Notes: generated from the sequence alone by a model not told the origin. 64,000 nucleotides of DNA from Oscillospiraceae bacterium (GCA_031255415.1 JAIRSO010000020.1:27405-91404); one strand, 5' to 3'; positions 38,556 through 50,773 are shown, counted from the first letter of the stretch. Program-made: numbers and translations.

Positions 38556-38569
38556 AGGCGGCGGGAGCG

Positions 38570-39136
38570 TTATTCATTCCCCTCTATCGACCGCATCGCC
38601 TGTATCGTCCTGCTTATCAGATCCTCGAGCGTCCAGCCGAGCGTGTCCGCGCCCTTTTGGATTACCTCGCGGCTGCATCCCGCCGCGAATTTCGGCGTTT
38701 TATACTTCTTCATCACCGAGCCGGTCTCTAGGTCGGATACGCTCTTGCTGGGGCGCATCCGCGCCGTAGCGCCAATCAACCCTGTCAATTCATCCGACGC
38801 GAATAATACCTTCTCCATCTGATGCTCCGGCTCCGGCAGTTCCATGCCCGTCAACCCGTAGCCATGGCACGCCACCGCGCGTATGAACCTCTCGCTGTAC
38901 CCGCGCTCCCTTAGTATCCGCTGGCACGCCTCGCAGTGGCGATCCGGATACCGCTCAAAGTCCAGATCATGCAGCAGGCCCACCACGCTCCAGAAATCCG
39001 CCTCGCCGCTATAACCTAGCTCATTGGCGTACCAGCGCATTACGCCCTCCATCGTCCGCGCGTGCAATAGATGGAACGCGTCCTGATTGTACTCGTTTAA
39101 TAATGCCCAAGCCGCGCCGCGGTCGGTATCTGTCAT
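38570..39136 (-). CDS. HD-domain metal-dependent phosphohydrolase
   Basis: HD signature in VVGLLHDLDFERYPDRH plus downstream His residues (ACHGYG). AAGGGG RBS before the ATG at 39136. Confidence 0.75.
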   Translation of the reverse strand: MTDTDRGAAWALLNEYNQDAFHLLHARTMEGVMRWYANELGYSGEADFWSVVGLLHDLDFERYPDRHCEACQRILRERGYSERFIRAVACHGYGLTGMELPEPEHQMEKVLFASDELTGLIGATARMRPSKSVSDLETGSVMKKYKTPKFAAGCSREVIQKGADTLGWTLEDLISRTIQAMRSIEGNE

Positions 39137-39165
39137 CGGGATCGCCCCTTTTTTATGAATAATTA

Positions 39166-39195
39166 TTGACATAAGGCGCCTGCGCGCATTACGAT
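39166..39195 (+). promoter_or_regulatory. lhr promoter
   Basis: TTGACA (39166-39171), 18 nt, TACGAT (39190-39195). GGAGG RBS before the ATG at 39223. Confidence 0.5.
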
Positions 39196-39222
39196 CAAAC
39201 TGTATTATAACGGAGGTGGAGC

Positions 39223-42200
39223 ATGGATTCAACCGTGATCGGACAAGGTTTGCCGCAAGCGTTCCATCGTCATACGCGGGAATGGTTCGCTAGCGCGTTC
39301 GGCGAGCCTACAACGACTCAAACGCTGGGCTGGCCCGTGCTCGCCGACGGACGTGATGCGCTGATCATCGCGCCGACCGGAACAGGCAAGACGCTAGCGG
39401 CGTTCCTGCTCCGGCTGGACTCGCTGTTCCGGCAAGCCGAAGGCGGCGCGCTCCCCAACGCCGTCGATACGCTCTACATCACGCCGCTGAAAGCTCTGGG
39501 CAACGATATCGCGCTGAACCTGGAGAAACCCCTGCGGGGTATTCGCGAACGGTTCGCGAACGCGCGCGAGACGTCCGATATACGCGTGGCGATACGCCAC
39601 GGCGACACCGCGCAATCCGAACGCGCGTCGATGATCCGCCGCCCGCCCCATATATTGATCACTACGCCGGAGTCGCTGTTCCTGCTGCTGACCAGCGCCA
39701 ACGGCTCGAGGATGCTCTCGACCTGCCGCGCGGTCATCGTGGATGAACTGCACGCGCTGCTCGCGTCTAAGCGCGGCGCTAGTCTGGCGCTCTCTTTAGA
39801 ACGACTATCCGCGCTGTGCGAGAAGCCGCCGCAGCGGATCGGCCTGTCCGCTACGATCGCTCTGCCGGACGAAGGCGCGGCGTTCCTTGCCGGAGCCGCT
39901 CCGGACGGATCGCCTAGGCCTTGCGTAATAGTCGCGCCCGACTCGCGCAAGAGCGCCGATGTAATCGTGGAAGCCCCGCAGGCTCTGCGCGACGAGGGTA
40001 CCGTTTGGCCCGCGATAATCCGCGAGACATACCATGCCGCTTGTGAGAACGTCAGCACGCTGGTGTTTGTCAACGGCAGGGCTTCAGCGGAAAAGATGGC
40101 CGCCGGACTCTGCGCGCTTGCGGACGGCGACGGATTGGAGAATCCGACGGACTTCGCGCGTACGCATCATGGCAGTCTAGCCAAGGAGCGCCGCCTCGAG
40201 GCGGAGCGGATGCTCAAGTCCGGATCGCTGAAATGCCTGTGCGCGACCGGATCGATGGAGCTGGGTATCGACGTGGGCGAGATAGACCTTGTCGTTCAGA
40301 TTGGCGCGCCGCCGACCGTCGCCGGAGGCTTACAGCGATTGGGGCGCGCGGGGCATTCGCCGTCTCGCACCAGCCGCATGCGCACGCTTGCCCGCACGCC
40401 TTTGGATACGCTCGACGCGGCGCTGGTCGCGCGCGAGATGCTGGAGCGACGCGTTGAACCGGATCGCGCCGTCAGACTCGCGCTAGACGTGCTGGCGCAG
40501 CATATGCTCTCCGTCGCGTCGTCGTCGCCAGCGTCGGTCGGCGATCTGCTGGACATGGCGCGCGGCGCGTGGGGATACAGGGATCTCGCGCGCGAGGCGT
40601 TGATCGGCGTGCTGAAGATGCTGAGCGGCGATTACGAGCGCGACGATCTGCGGATGGTTCGCCCCCGCCTGTATTACGACGCGATAAACCAGACCATCAA
40701 GGGCGACGCGTATACGCGGATGCTGGCCTGCGCGGCCTCGACCATACCCGACCGCGGCCTGTTCGCGGTATGGCTGGAAGACGGCTCCGCGCGGCTGGGC
40801 GAGCTGGACGAGGAGTTTGTGTTTGAGGCGAGGATCGGCGATAGGTTCATGCTGGGGGCTTTCGCGTGGCAGATTGTGCGTATAGAGCGCGACCGCGTGC
40901 TGGTCAGGGCGACGGATCGCGCGGGAGCGCAGACTCCGTTCTGGAAAGGCGACGGCATAGGCAGACCATACGAGGTGGGCAGGCGCATAGGCGAAGGCTT
41001 GCGCGCGCTGGAGGAATCCATCGACGCGATGGGGCGCTCGTCCAGGCCGCTGCCGATCCCGGCGGACGGCTTCGCGTCCGGCGTAATCAAACAGCTGGCG
41101 AAGGATCAAATCGAAGCGGTCGGCGCTCTGGCTACGGATCGGCGGATCGTGTTCGAGCGGTTCAAGACGGAGTCCGGCTATGACGCGCTGATGATACATA
41201 GCCCGTTCGGGCGGCGCGTGCACCTGCCGCTGTCCATGCTGGCTCGGGAACTAGCGGCGCGCGATAACGGTATGGATATGCTAGCCTATACCAGCGAGTA
41301 CGGGATACTGTTCACGGCGGTCGGCGATTACCCTATACCCAACGGATTGATACGCGGCGTGATAGACCGTTTCGGCACGGACGCCTCCGCGCTGGCCTCC
41401 GCGCTGGCGGGGATGCTCCCGCCCACGCCTTTGTTCGGCATGACGTTCCGTTACGCTGCCGCGCGCGCGATGATATTCGGGGCGAAAGGAGGCCGCCGCC
41501 AGCCGTTATGGGTTCAGCGCGAACGCGGAGCGCGCGCCCTCGACCGCGCGCTGGCGCATCCGGAGCATCCTTTGCTCACCGAGGCTATGCGCGAGTGCCT
41601 AACCGAGCACATGGACGCGGCTGGACTTGCAGACGTGCTTACCCAGATCAGCGATGGCAGGATCGAGACGCTGGAACTGCGCACCGATAAACCCTCGCCG
41701 ATGACGGCGGATTTGATATTCCAGTCCGTCGGGTTCGAGATGTACGACTACGATCCCACCCCCGCGTCCGCTAGCGCGGCGAGGCTCTCGCCGGACGCGA
41801 CTGTGTTATCCGCGATGGGATCGACGAGTCCGGCTAGTCTTCGCCCGCCCGATCCGGCTATATTGGAATCATCGGCTCCCGCGCCGAAGCTGGCCTCTTC
41901 GGACGCGCTGCACGCCTGGCTTCTCACCGGCGGAGACGCGCGCGCCGACGAACTGGACGCGCCCGTCGAGTGGCTGGAGTCCCTGCGCGCGGCTAGACGC
42001 GCGATGTATGTCGAGCCGGGGCTATGGATCGCCGCCGAGCACGCCGCCGAGTATGAATGCCTAGCGGACGATGGAGAGGATCGGCTTGCGCGAGTCGTCG
42101 AGCGATGCCTAAGGTTTCGCGGCGGCATGACGGTTCTCCAGCTGGAGGATCGTTACGCGCGAGACCTGCCGCGCACCCTATCGGCGTTGATGGAATCGGG

Positions 42201-43440
42201 TCGGGTGGTCGAGTATGGCGGGGTGCTCTGGCACGCGGAGGTATACGGTATCGCCAGCGCGCGCACCCGGGCGGTACTGCGCGCGGCAGTCGCGACCGCG
42301 CCGCCGGAGTCGTTCGCGGCTTGGCTGGCGGCGAGGATGCTGCCGCCCGCCGGACCCTCGAGGCTGGAGTCGGCGCTTCGTTCGCTCAATGGCATGGCGG
42401 CTCCGCTGCCGCGATGGGAAAGCGAGATACTGCCCGCGCGTATACCAAAGTACAGGCCCGCCATGCTGGACGCGTTATTACTATCGGGGATATTCCGCTG
42501 GCGCGCTAGGATGGACTCCGGCGAGACGCTCATCACATTCGAGGAAACCGCCGCGCAATCATCGCTCGCGGACGATCGCCACGCGGCGGAGCCGGATCCC
42601 GAACCGCTTACCGAACCCGAGTCGCGCGTACTGGACGCGTTGAGGGAGCGCGGAGCGATGTTCTCCGCCGCGTTAAGCCAGACGCTGGGTTTTGACGCGA
42701 AAGACGCGCTGTTATCGCTGGCGGGCAAGGGGCTTGCCGGAAACGATAGTTTGTCCCCTATGCGCGCGCTCAACGCCGTTCATCTTCGCGCGAAAACCAA
42801 ATTCCTGGCTCACGCGGGGAGATGGTTCGCCGCTTCGCCCGCGCGGGACGGCGCGCAGTCTATGGAATCGTTATTGGAGACGGCCTTCGCGCGCTGGGGG
42901 ATTGTCTGCAGGGAGACGTTCCTGCAGTCGAGGGGCACGAAGGCGTTCGCGTGGTCGGAGGCGCTGGACACGCTAAGGGTATGGGAGTATACGGGCAAGG
43001 TGAGGCGCGGGTATTTCGTAAAAGGATTATCGGGAGCGCAGTTTGTACTGGACGGGGATTTCGCTCCAGCCGCCTCCGCGCTGGCTTCGCCCAGACCGGA
43101 CTGGATCGCGCTGCCCGCGAAGGATCCCGCGCTGGCTTGGGGGCGCGTCTTGCCTCACGATCCGCTGCGGAGGTTTGTCGCCGCGGACGGAACCGCGGTT
43201 GTGATGCGCGCGGGCAGGATTGAATTGATATCGGAGCGGTTCGGCCAGAATCTCCGCTGGTGGGATCAAGGCGCGGACGCGCTGCGCGCGCTGGTAGACG
43301 CGTACCGCGCGGAGAGGGTGTATTTGGAAAAAGCTAGGTTGACGGCGGCTTCGTACCCGGACGGAGGCGAGGGGGTATTGCTGGAGGCTGGTTTCAAGCG
43401 CGATGGATCGGCGTTTACGTTGTGGAAGCTGGATATGTAG
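39223..43440 (+). CDS. lhr: Lhr-family large DEAH-box (SF2) helicase, full-length type with C-terminal domain
   Basis: Motif I APTGTGKT, motif II VDELH, motif III SAT, motif VI QRLGRAGH. 1405 aa. Confidence 0.88.
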   Translation: MDSTVIGQGLPQAFHRHTREWFASAFGEPTTTQTLGWPVLADGRDALIIAPTGTGKTLAAFLLRLDSLFRQAEGGALPNAVDTLYITPLKALGNDIALNLEKPLRGIRERFANARETSDIRVAIRHGDTAQSERASMIRRPPHILITTPESLFLLLTSANGSRMLSTCRAVIVDELHALLASKRGASLALSLERLSALCEKPPQRIGLSATIALPDEGAAFLAGAAPDGSPRPCVIVAPDSRKSADVIVEAPQALRDEGTVWPAIIRETYHAACENVSTLVFVNGRASAEKMAAGLCALADGDGLENPTDFARTHHGSLAKERRLEAERMLKSGSLKCLCATGSMELGIDVGEIDLVVQIGAPPTVAGGLQRLGRAGHSPSRTSRMRTLARTPLDTLDAALVAREMLERRVEPDRAVRLALDVLAQHMLSVASSSPASVGDLLDMARGAWGYRDLAREALIGVLKMLSGDYERDDLRMVRPRLYYDAINQTIKGDAYTRMLACAASTIPDRGLFAVWLEDGSARLGELDEEFVFEARIGDRFMLGAFAWQIVRIERDRVLVRATDRAGAQTPFWKGDGIGRPYEVGRRIGEGLRALEESIDAMGRSSRPLPIPADGFASGVIKQLAKDQIEAVGALATDRRIVFERFKTESGYDALMIHSPFGRRVHLPLSMLARELAARDNGMDMLAYTSEYGILFTAVGDYPIPNGLIRGVIDRFGTDASALASALAGMLPPTPLFGMTFRYAAARAMIFGAKGGRRQPLWVQRERGARALDRALAHPEHPLLTEAMRECLTEHMDAAGLADVLTQISDGRIETLELRTDKPSPMTADLIFQSVGFEMYDYDPTPASASAARLSPDATVLSAMGSTSPASLRPPDPAILESSAPAPKLASSDALHAWLLTGGDARADELDAPVEWLESLRAARRAMYVEPGLWIAAEHAAEYECLADDGEDRLARVVERCLRFRGGMTVLQLEDRYARDLPRTLSALMESGRVVEYGGVLWHAEVYGIASARTRAVLRAAVATAPPESFAAWLAARMLPPAGPSRLESALRSLNGMAAPLPRWESEILPARIPKYRPAMLDALLLSGIFRWRARMDSGETLITFEETAAQSSLADDRHAAEPDPEPLTEPESRVLDALRERGAMFSAALSQTLGFDAKDALLSLAGKGLAGNDSLSPMRALNAVHLRAKTKFLAHAGRWFAASPARDGAQSMESLLETAFARWGIVCRETFLQSRGTKAFAWSEALDTLRVWEYTGKVRRGYFVKGLSGAQFVLDGDFAPAASALASPRPDWIALPAKDPALAWGRVLPHDPLRRFVAADGTAVVMRAGRIELISERFGQNLRWWDQGADALRALVDAYRAERVYLEKARLTAASYPDGGEGVLLEAGFKRDGSAFTLWKLDM

Positions 43441-43576
43441 ATAAGCGTTGACTCTGGGCGAGCGCAGCCTGAAGCGGCAAGGTGGGCCCACCTGTCAAAG
43501 CCCCTTGCGCGACCGCGCGTTGCGTTCCCAGCCTAGCCGTGATATTCTTATCGGGAAGGCTGCGCGGGAGGTCATT

Positions 43577-44608
43577 ATGCGCGTACAACAGAATTACAGG
43601 CAGGTGCAATTCGAGCCTAACATCCCGGTAAACGTTATCGTGAGGCGGATGAATTACTTCTGCGCGCACTGGCACAACCAGGCCGAGCTGTTGTATATCG
43701 TGAGCGGCTCCGCGCTGATCCATGTTGACGGCGAGGATTGCCCGCTTCGCGAAGGCGAAATGATGTTTGTCTGCGGCAGCGAGATCCACTCAATTGCGCG
43801 ATCCCGCGATAAGTGCCTGTTGATCATACTCCAGTTCGACGCGGAGTTTTTTCGCAGTCTGTTCGGCGCGGAGCCGTGCCGGTTCAATCGCGGCGCGTTC
43901 GCGCGCGACCAGTCCTCCGCGGCTCAAGCCGGATTCTTCTCGCCCGGCTCGCTGGGTCTGCTTCTTAGCGCGATCGTCTGGGAATACAGCAAGCGCCAGC
44001 CGGGTTTTACGTTCTTCATCTCCTCTCTGGCGCTTCGGCTGCTGGGGCAGCTGATACGCGGCGGGTATCTCACGCTGGAGCCGCCGCTCACCGCGCCGAG
44101 GTACGAATCCATCCGGCGCATGAACGTGATCCTCGACTACATCGGCGACCACTACCGCGAGAACATCACCCTGCAGAGCATCGCGCGGGAGGTGCACGTC
44201 AGTTATTATTATCTATCGCGATCGTTCAAGGAGGTGACGGGGATGTCCTTCCGCGAACACCTTAGCCAGGTTCGAGTGCAAAAGTCCCTGCCTGCGCTGC
44301 AATCTACTAAGGATTCGATACATAATATCGCTCTCGCGTCCGGCTTCCCCACCGCGAGGAGCTATGCCGGGGCTTTCCAGTCCCGCTACGGATTGACCCC
44401 CGCCGAATACCGCCGCGCGAAACAGCGCCCATCCGGCATAGACGAGCCTCCGCCCAGCGTTACCTTCTCGCCGGACGGCAGCCCGTCCTACGCGCCTGCC
44501 AACAACGCCGACGACCTCGAGCGCGTATTCGCCATGTTCGACACCGCCGCGATGTACGCCGCGCGCGCCAATATACATAATCCATATGGGAGTATGGGGG
44601 GGGGGTAA
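43577..44608 (+). CDS. AraC-family transcriptional regulator with N-terminal cupin
   Basis: Cupin-like N-terminus (HWHNQAELLYIVSG) and C-terminal AraC double HTH (YYLSRSFKEVTGMSFREHL ... GFPTARSYAGAFQSRYGLTPAEYR). GGGAGG RBS before the ATG at 43577. Confidence 0.85.
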   Translation: MRVQQNYRQVQFEPNIPVNVIVRRMNYFCAHWHNQAELLYIVSGSALIHVDGEDCPLREGEMMFVCGSEIHSIARSRDKCLLIILQFDAEFFRSLFGAEPCRFNRGAFARDQSSAAQAGFFSPGSLGLLLSAIVWEYSKRQPGFTFFISSLALRLLGQLIRGGYLTLEPPLTAPRYESIRRMNVILDYIGDHYRENITLQSIAREVHVSYYYLSRSFKEVTGMSFREHLSQVRVQKSLPALQSTKDSIHNIALASGFPTARSYAGAFQSRYGLTPAEYRRAKQRPSGIDEPPPSVTFSPDGSPSYAPANNADDLERVFAMFDTAAMYAARANIHNPYGSMGGG

Positions 44609-44639
44609 TTGGTAAATCACGAACCCGCCCCCCGCGTCC

Positions 44640-45498
44640 CTATCGCGCGAGAGCCTTCGACGCTCTCTTTGTGAAATCCCATGGCTCGTGTATCTTGGGC
44701 ACATCCTGTATGAGTCTGCGCGTATACTCCGCGCTGGGGCGCAGAATCACGTCGTCCGCGCCGCCGAACTCGACGAACCTGCCCTTTTCCATGATATACA
44801 CCGTGTCGCTGACGTAATACGCAAGCCCGATATCGTGCGTGACGAATATGATCGTCATGCCGATCTCTTCGCGCAGGTTAAGCAGCATATCCAGTATCGT
44901 AGCCCTTGAGCAAGCGTCGATCATGCTGGTCGGTTCGTCCGCCAGCAGTATCTTTGGCTGGAGCAGGAATATCCTGGCGATCATCAGCCGCTGCATCTGC
45001 CCGCCCGATAACTCGAACGGGTATTTGTTCGTCAGCTCCTTAAACTCCAGGTTGACGAACCCGCACGCCTCGGACATCATCTCCGTCTTTTTTTCTTTGG
45101 GCAGATTCTTGCCGCCGCGCATGTTGATACAGTCCAGCAGCACCGCGTCGATCTTGTGGAATATATTGTACGACGAGAACGGATCTTGGAATATGGCCTG
45201 TATCCCGCGCCAATACTCCGTCTTGAGCCGGCGCGTGGATATATCGCGTCTGCCGCCCATGAAGAATACATCGCCCTCGGTCACGCTGGTCAGCCCCAGC
45301 AGCATCTTGACCAGCGTGGTCTTGCCGCTGCCCGACTCGCCCACGATGGATATCACTTCGCCCTTTCGGAAGTCGAAGTCCACATGATCCACCGCGACCG
45401 TCCTGCGCGCGCCTATGCCGAACACCTTCGTCACACCCTTGCCCGACAGGCACAATTCGCTCCCGCGCGTTCCGTCCCGCGCGCCGTCCCTAGTCGCA

Positions 45499-45506
<8 letters not shown>
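44640..45506 (-). CDS. Opp/Dpp-type ABC importer ATPase (OppF-like)
   Basis: Walker [10 protein letters not shown], signature LSGGQMQR, Walker B LLADEPTS. Confidence 0.88.
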
Positions 45507-46506
<1,000 letters not shown>

Positions 46507-46509
46507 ACG

Positions 46510-47763
46510 TCAGCTCCTTAACTGCGGGTTGAACACTTGATCCAGCCCCGTATTCATCAGGTTCATCGAGAAGGACACCAGCGCGATCATCAGTATCACC
46601 GGGAAGTACGCCCACCACGCGCCGTTCTGGTGCGCGGCATACGTCATGCCCCAGAACATCATCAGTCCCAGAGTCGGGGTCTCGGTGGTCTTGGGGCCTA
46701 GGCCCAGCATCGATAGCTGCGCCTCCGCCAGTATGCCGGAGCATATCTGCAGTATCAGCGCCATCACGACATACGAGGCGATGTAGGGCAGTATATCCGT
46801 CGCGAGTATGCGCGGCAGCGTGTGCCCGGATAGCCTGGACAGATTGACATGGTCGCGGTTGCGAAGCGAGATCGTCTGCGCGCGGACTGATCTGGTCGTC
46901 CACACCCACGACGTGCACCCTATGACCGCCGCCACGACCGTCGCGCCGCGCTGTTCCTGCCCGATGCTGTATGATATCAGTATCAGCAGTACGAACCCCG
47001 GTATGACGGTGAACAGGTTCGCGAAGAACATGATGATATCGTCCACCAAACCGCCCACGAACCCGGACAGCAGCCCCAGCATCAAGCCCAGGGCGGTGGC
47101 TATAAGCCCGGCGATCAGACCGATCTTAAGCGAAACGCCCGTTGCGGCGAGCAGTTCCTTGAACGCGTCGCGCCCGAAGTTGTCCGTGCCCAGCCACAGC
47201 CTGCGCGTGGTGACCACCTCGGATACGTTGATGAATTGATCGTCGCGTATACGCGCGGTCTCGTTCATCTCGCCCGACTGCGGATCCCGCGTATACACGC
47301 GCACGTCCAGCGGCTCCAGCAGTCCGTCCAGCGCCGCGTCTATCCTGGCTACGCTCCTGCGGAACGCGGACGTAAGCCCGGCGGGTCTCGCGTCCTCGTC
47401 GTATGTGTTGTGCCACAGGTTCAGCAGGTCGTTAAGGTCGTCGACGTCGATCGCGTCCTCCGGCACGCCGTATGCCGTGAGCCAGCGTTTCATCGACTCG
47501 CGGTCGGACTGCGGGAGCTTCGCGTCGATCCGCTTAGCCGCCGCGCCGTCGATCCTCAGCGTGTATGAAGGCGCGGTCTCCGCCGCGTCGTACATGCTGA
47601 TATACATGCCGGGCTTGAAGAACGTGCCCAGCCCTATCATATCCAGCGGACTGCCCGGGTTGAACAGCGGGTATACCCCGACCATTATCAGTATCGCGAT
47701 GATCAATACAAACCCGATCATAAAGTTGGCGGAGTGGGACGCCTGCCTTAATGTATTCCTCAC
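46510..47763 (-). CDS. Opp/Dpp-type ABC importer permease (OppC-like) with a large extracytoplasmic insertion after TM1
   Basis: BPD-transporter membrane domain. A hydrophilic segment of about 170 aa lies between TM1 and the next TM. Confidence 0.85.
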   Translation of the reverse strand: MRNTLRQASHSANFMIGFVLIIAILIMVGVYPLFNPGSPLDMIGLGTFFKPGMYISMYDAAETAPSYTLRIDGAAAKRIDAKLPQSDRESMKRWLTAYGVPEDAIDVDDLNDLLNLWHNTYDEDARPAGLTSAFRRSVARIDAALDGLLEPLDVRVYTRDPQSGEMNETARIRDDQFINVSEVVTTRRLWLGTDNFGRDAFKELLAATGVSLKIGLIAGLIATALGLMLGLLSGFVGGLVDDIIMFFANLFTVIPGFVLLILISYSIGQEQRGATVVAAVIGCTSWVWTTRSVRAQTISLRNRDHVNLSRLSGHTLPRILATDILPYIASYVVMALILQICSGILAEAQLSMLGLGPKTTETPTLGLMMFWGMTYAAHQNGAWWAYFPVILMIALVSFSMNLMNTGLDQVFNPQLRS

Positions 47764-47774
47764 GCGCCTGCCCC

Positions 47775-48788
47775 CTATTCCGACTGCGCGGCTTTAACGC
47801 GCGGGTCGATCACGCCGTAGAGCATCTCTATCGCAAAGGACATCGTCAGCACCATGACCGTAATAATCAGCGTCACGCCCGATATCAGCGGATAGTCCGC
47901 GCTGGTTATCCCGCCCATGATCGTCGAGCCTAGCCCGGGGTAGCTGAATATCGTCTCCGCCACCAGCGCGCCGCCTATCATCGTGCCGATCGACAACGCC
48001 AGTCCGGTCACCTGCGGGAGCATCGCGTTGCGGAACACGTAGCCCACGACCTTGCGGTCCTTAACGCCTAGGAAGCGGCTGTACTTGACGTAATCCGCGT
48101 TCAGTTCGTATATCGACATCGAGCGCATGCCTATCGCCTGCCCGCCTATCGCGATGAGCACTATCGACCAGAACGGCATCTGGTAGTGGATGATCACAGA
48201 CTTGATAAACCGCCAGCTGAAGCTGGGCAGCATATCGTAGCTGTATCCGCCCGATATCGGCAGCCACTTGAGCGTTATGCCGAATATCACCAGCAGCGTC
48301 ACCGCCAGGCCGAACGCGGGCAGTCCCGATATGAACAGGCTGATGGGCACCAGCGCCTTATCGAACCCTTTGCGCAGATACGCGGCTAGCGCGCCCAGCA
48401 GGTTGCCGATCATCCAGCCCACCAGTATGGCGGGCAGTTGCAGAGCGATGGTCCACACCACGCTCGCGGCGACGATATCGGACACCTTGCGCGGATACTG
48501 CTGGAACGAAACGCCCATATCCCCCTTCAGCAGATTGCCGATATAGATGAAGAACTGTTTCCACATCGGCTGATCCGTGCCGAACTTGCGCGCGTATTCG
48601 CGGTAAATCTGCATGACCGCGTTCTGGTTGTTCATGCCTTCGGTGACGCGCTGGGTGATCGTGGCGATGGGATCGGAGGGCATCATGCGCGGCAGGGCGA
48701 AATTCAGTATGACTGCGGCGATAAGCGTTATCGCGAACCAGAACAGTTTTTTCAGGAAATACTTCCTGTAGCCTTTCAATGGGGACAC
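47775..48788 (-). CDS. Opp/Dpp-type ABC importer permease (OppB-like)
   Basis: Typical OppB/DppB topology, with conserved N-terminal [19 protein letters not shown] and a PSDP motif. Confidence 0.85.
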   Translation of the reverse strand: MSPLKGYRKYFLKKLFWFAITLIAAVILNFALPRMMPSDPIATITQRVTEGMNNQNAVMQIYREYARKFGTDQPMWKQFFIYIGNLLKGDMGVSFQQYPRKVSDIVAASVVWTIALQLPAILVGWMIGNLLGALAAYLRKGFDKALVPISLFISGLPAFGLAVTLLVIFGITLKWLPISGGYSYDMLPSFSWRFIKSVIIHYQMPFWSIVLIAIGGQAIGMRSMSIYELNADYVKYSRFLGVKDRKVVGYVFRNAMLPQVTGLALSIGTMIGGALVAETIFSYPGLGSTIMGGITSADYPLISGVTLIITVMVLTMSFAIEMLYGVIDPRVKAAQSE

Positions 48789-48937
48789 CTCTATTCTGCG
48801 GCGGCCCGCCCGGCACGCGCGGCATGGAAGGCCGGTATATCCGTAATTAAAGATGTGTTAACGCAAACAAGCTATGCCGCTTCGGCGGCTCAGCCGGTGT
48901 GATTACATATTCTGCCAACTCTCGCTGGGACGGTAAA

Positions 48938-48967
48938 ACCCGGGATCGAACGCTATCGATCCCGGGT
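48938..48967 (-). terminator. Intercistronic attenuator/terminator after the binding-protein gene
   Basis: Minus strand reads ACCCGGGATCGA-TAGCGT-TCGATCCCGGGT followed by TTTTAC. It lies between the SBP gene and the permease genes. Confidence 0.6.
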
Positions 48968-48982
48968 AATGGTTTGAGTCAG

Positions 48983-50773
48983 TTACGGATTGACAAGCTC
49001 CAGTTCGTAGAGCGCGCCCACGCCGTAGCCGTCCGTGAGGTCGTTGGGCGGATAGCCGTACTCGTCGCCCTGTTCGGGATAGTTGGTCCACACGGATTCG
49101 TTGACGGTGTGGAACAGCGACGGACGGTACATCAGCTGGAACGACGGGATATCGGTCAGGTAGATTTGAACCGCTTCGGTGTACAACGCCTTAAGCTCGG
49201 CCTCGTCGGAGGTTTGCGGGATCGCGGCGATGATCTCGTCCACATGCGGGTTCACGTACTGGCCCCAGTTGCCGGAGCCGTTGTTCTGCTGACCCACAAA
49301 CTCGCCGGACATGGCCTGGCGGATCGAGTTCCAGGGGTAGGTCGGGCCAGAGCCGCCGATGGACTGCATGTATATCGCGTACTGCGTCTGATCCGGGTTC
49401 TGGAACACGGCGTAGAATTCCGCGGCTTCCGGATAGAACGTCGTTATCTCAACGCCGATCTCCTTGCCCGTGGCCGCTACGACTTCCATCGAGGCCTGCC
49501 AGTCGGACCAACCGTTCGGGCAGACCGCGTTGAGCGTGATCTTTTCCCCGTTGTATTCGCGCCAGCCGTCTCCGTCGGAGTCGACTATGCCGGCCTCGTC
49601 GAGCAGCGCCTTCGCGCCTTCGATATCCTTGCCAGCCCACTGCAGGTCTTTCACCGCGTCGTGGTCATACGCGGCCTGCTGGCCTTCGGTGGTGTTGAAC
49701 AGCGAGCGCGGAACCTGTTCAAACGTCGCGGACTGGTGCGTCATGGCGTTCGCGTTGATCTGGTCGTAATCGACCGCTATCGCGATGGCTTTGCGCACGG
49801 CTAGCTCGTTGAGCACGGGGATGTTTAGGTTATAGATGGCCGACGGCTGCACGAGACCCAACTGATACGGCGGCTCGTCGATGTAGGTCGAGATCGGCAG
49901 TCCCTTCTCCAGCCACATCTTTTCGACGTCGCTGTTGAACTGCTGGGAAACGTCCACCTCGCCGGCTTCCAGAGCGGCGCGTCCGGCGGCGTTATCCGCG
50001 TAGAAAATGTGCGCCAGGTACTTCGGCGCGGGGAGCTTGCCCCACAGCGCCACGCCCCAGTAGTTGTCGTCGCGCTCGAGGACGATCTTGGTCTCGTCGG
50101 TGTAGTAGCTGCCGGCGTAGGGGCCGGAGGCGACTATATCGTAGGCGGGATCGTTCTTGAACGCGTCCTGATCGCCGCCGGCCTTCTCGTCGAGCGCCGC
50201 GATCCAGGCCGCGGACGTGATGCGTAGCTGGCAGATCTGGTTGGGTAGCTCGAGCGGGTTGATCGGCTTGCCCTCGTCGTTCAGCACGGCCTTGAACACG
50301 ACCGTGCCGTCGTCTATGGCTTCCACCGCGCTGATGTATGTCGAGCCGTTAACGCCCGTGCCCGTCTGATACTTCACGTGCGCGTCCCATACGGCTACCA
50401 CGTCGTTCGCCGTTACGGGCTCGCCGTTGTTGAAGTGGGCGGCGGGGTTGATCTTGACGGTGATCTCCGTGCCCTCGTCGTTCCACACGGGTTCGCCTTG
50501 GGCGAGCAGCGGATAGAGCTGACCGTCGAGGTCGTTCCACATATACAGCGTTTCAAAGTAGATGACGCGGCTAGCCGCGCCGCCGCCGATCACTAAGGAG
50601 TTGTTCTGGTTCGCGCCGAAGATGTTCCATGACAGTACGGCGCCCCATTGCTGGCCGGCGAAGTACAGCGTTTCATTGCGCGGCAGTTCCGACGGAATGT
50701 CGGCCCCCGCTACGCCCGCTAACGATAGCAGCATTGCCAGGGAAAGCGCCAGCGCGCACAGTTTACGTGTCAC
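48983..50773 (-). CDS. Family-5 (OppA/DppA-type) extracellular solute-binding protein
   Basis: Signal peptide MTRKLCALALSLAMLLSLAGVAGA, 596 aa, SBP_bac_5-like sequence. The ligand (peptide or oligosaccharide) cannot be determined from sequence. Confidence 0.85.
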   Translation of the reverse strand: MTRKLCALALSLAMLLSLAGVAGADIPSELPRNETLYFAGQQWGAVLSWNIFGANQNNSLVIGGGAASRVIYFETLYMWNDLDGQLYPLLAQGEPVWNDEGTEITVKINPAAHFNNGEPVTANDVVAVWDAHVKYQTGTGVNGSTYISAVEAIDDGTVVFKAVLNDEGKPINPLELPNQICQLRITSAAWIAALDEKAGGDQDAFKNDPAYDIVASGPYAGSYYTDETKIVLERDDNYWGVALWGKLPAPKYLAHIFYADNAAGRAALEAGEVDVSQQFNSDVEKMWLEKGLPISTYIDEPPYQLGLVQPSAIYNLNIPVLNELAVRKAIAIAVDYDQINANAMTHQSATFEQVPRSLFNTTEGQQAAYDHDAVKDLQWAGKDIEGAKALLDEAGIVDSDGDGWREYNGEKITLNAVCPNGWSDWQASMEVVAATGKEIGVEITTFYPEAAEFYAVFQNPDQTQYAIYMQSIGGSGPTYPWNSIRQAMSGEFVGQQNNGSGNWGQYVNPHVDEIIAAIPQTSDEAELKALYTEAVQIYLTDIPSFQLMYRPSLFHTVNESVWTNYPEQGDEYGYPPNDLTDGYGVGALYELELVNP

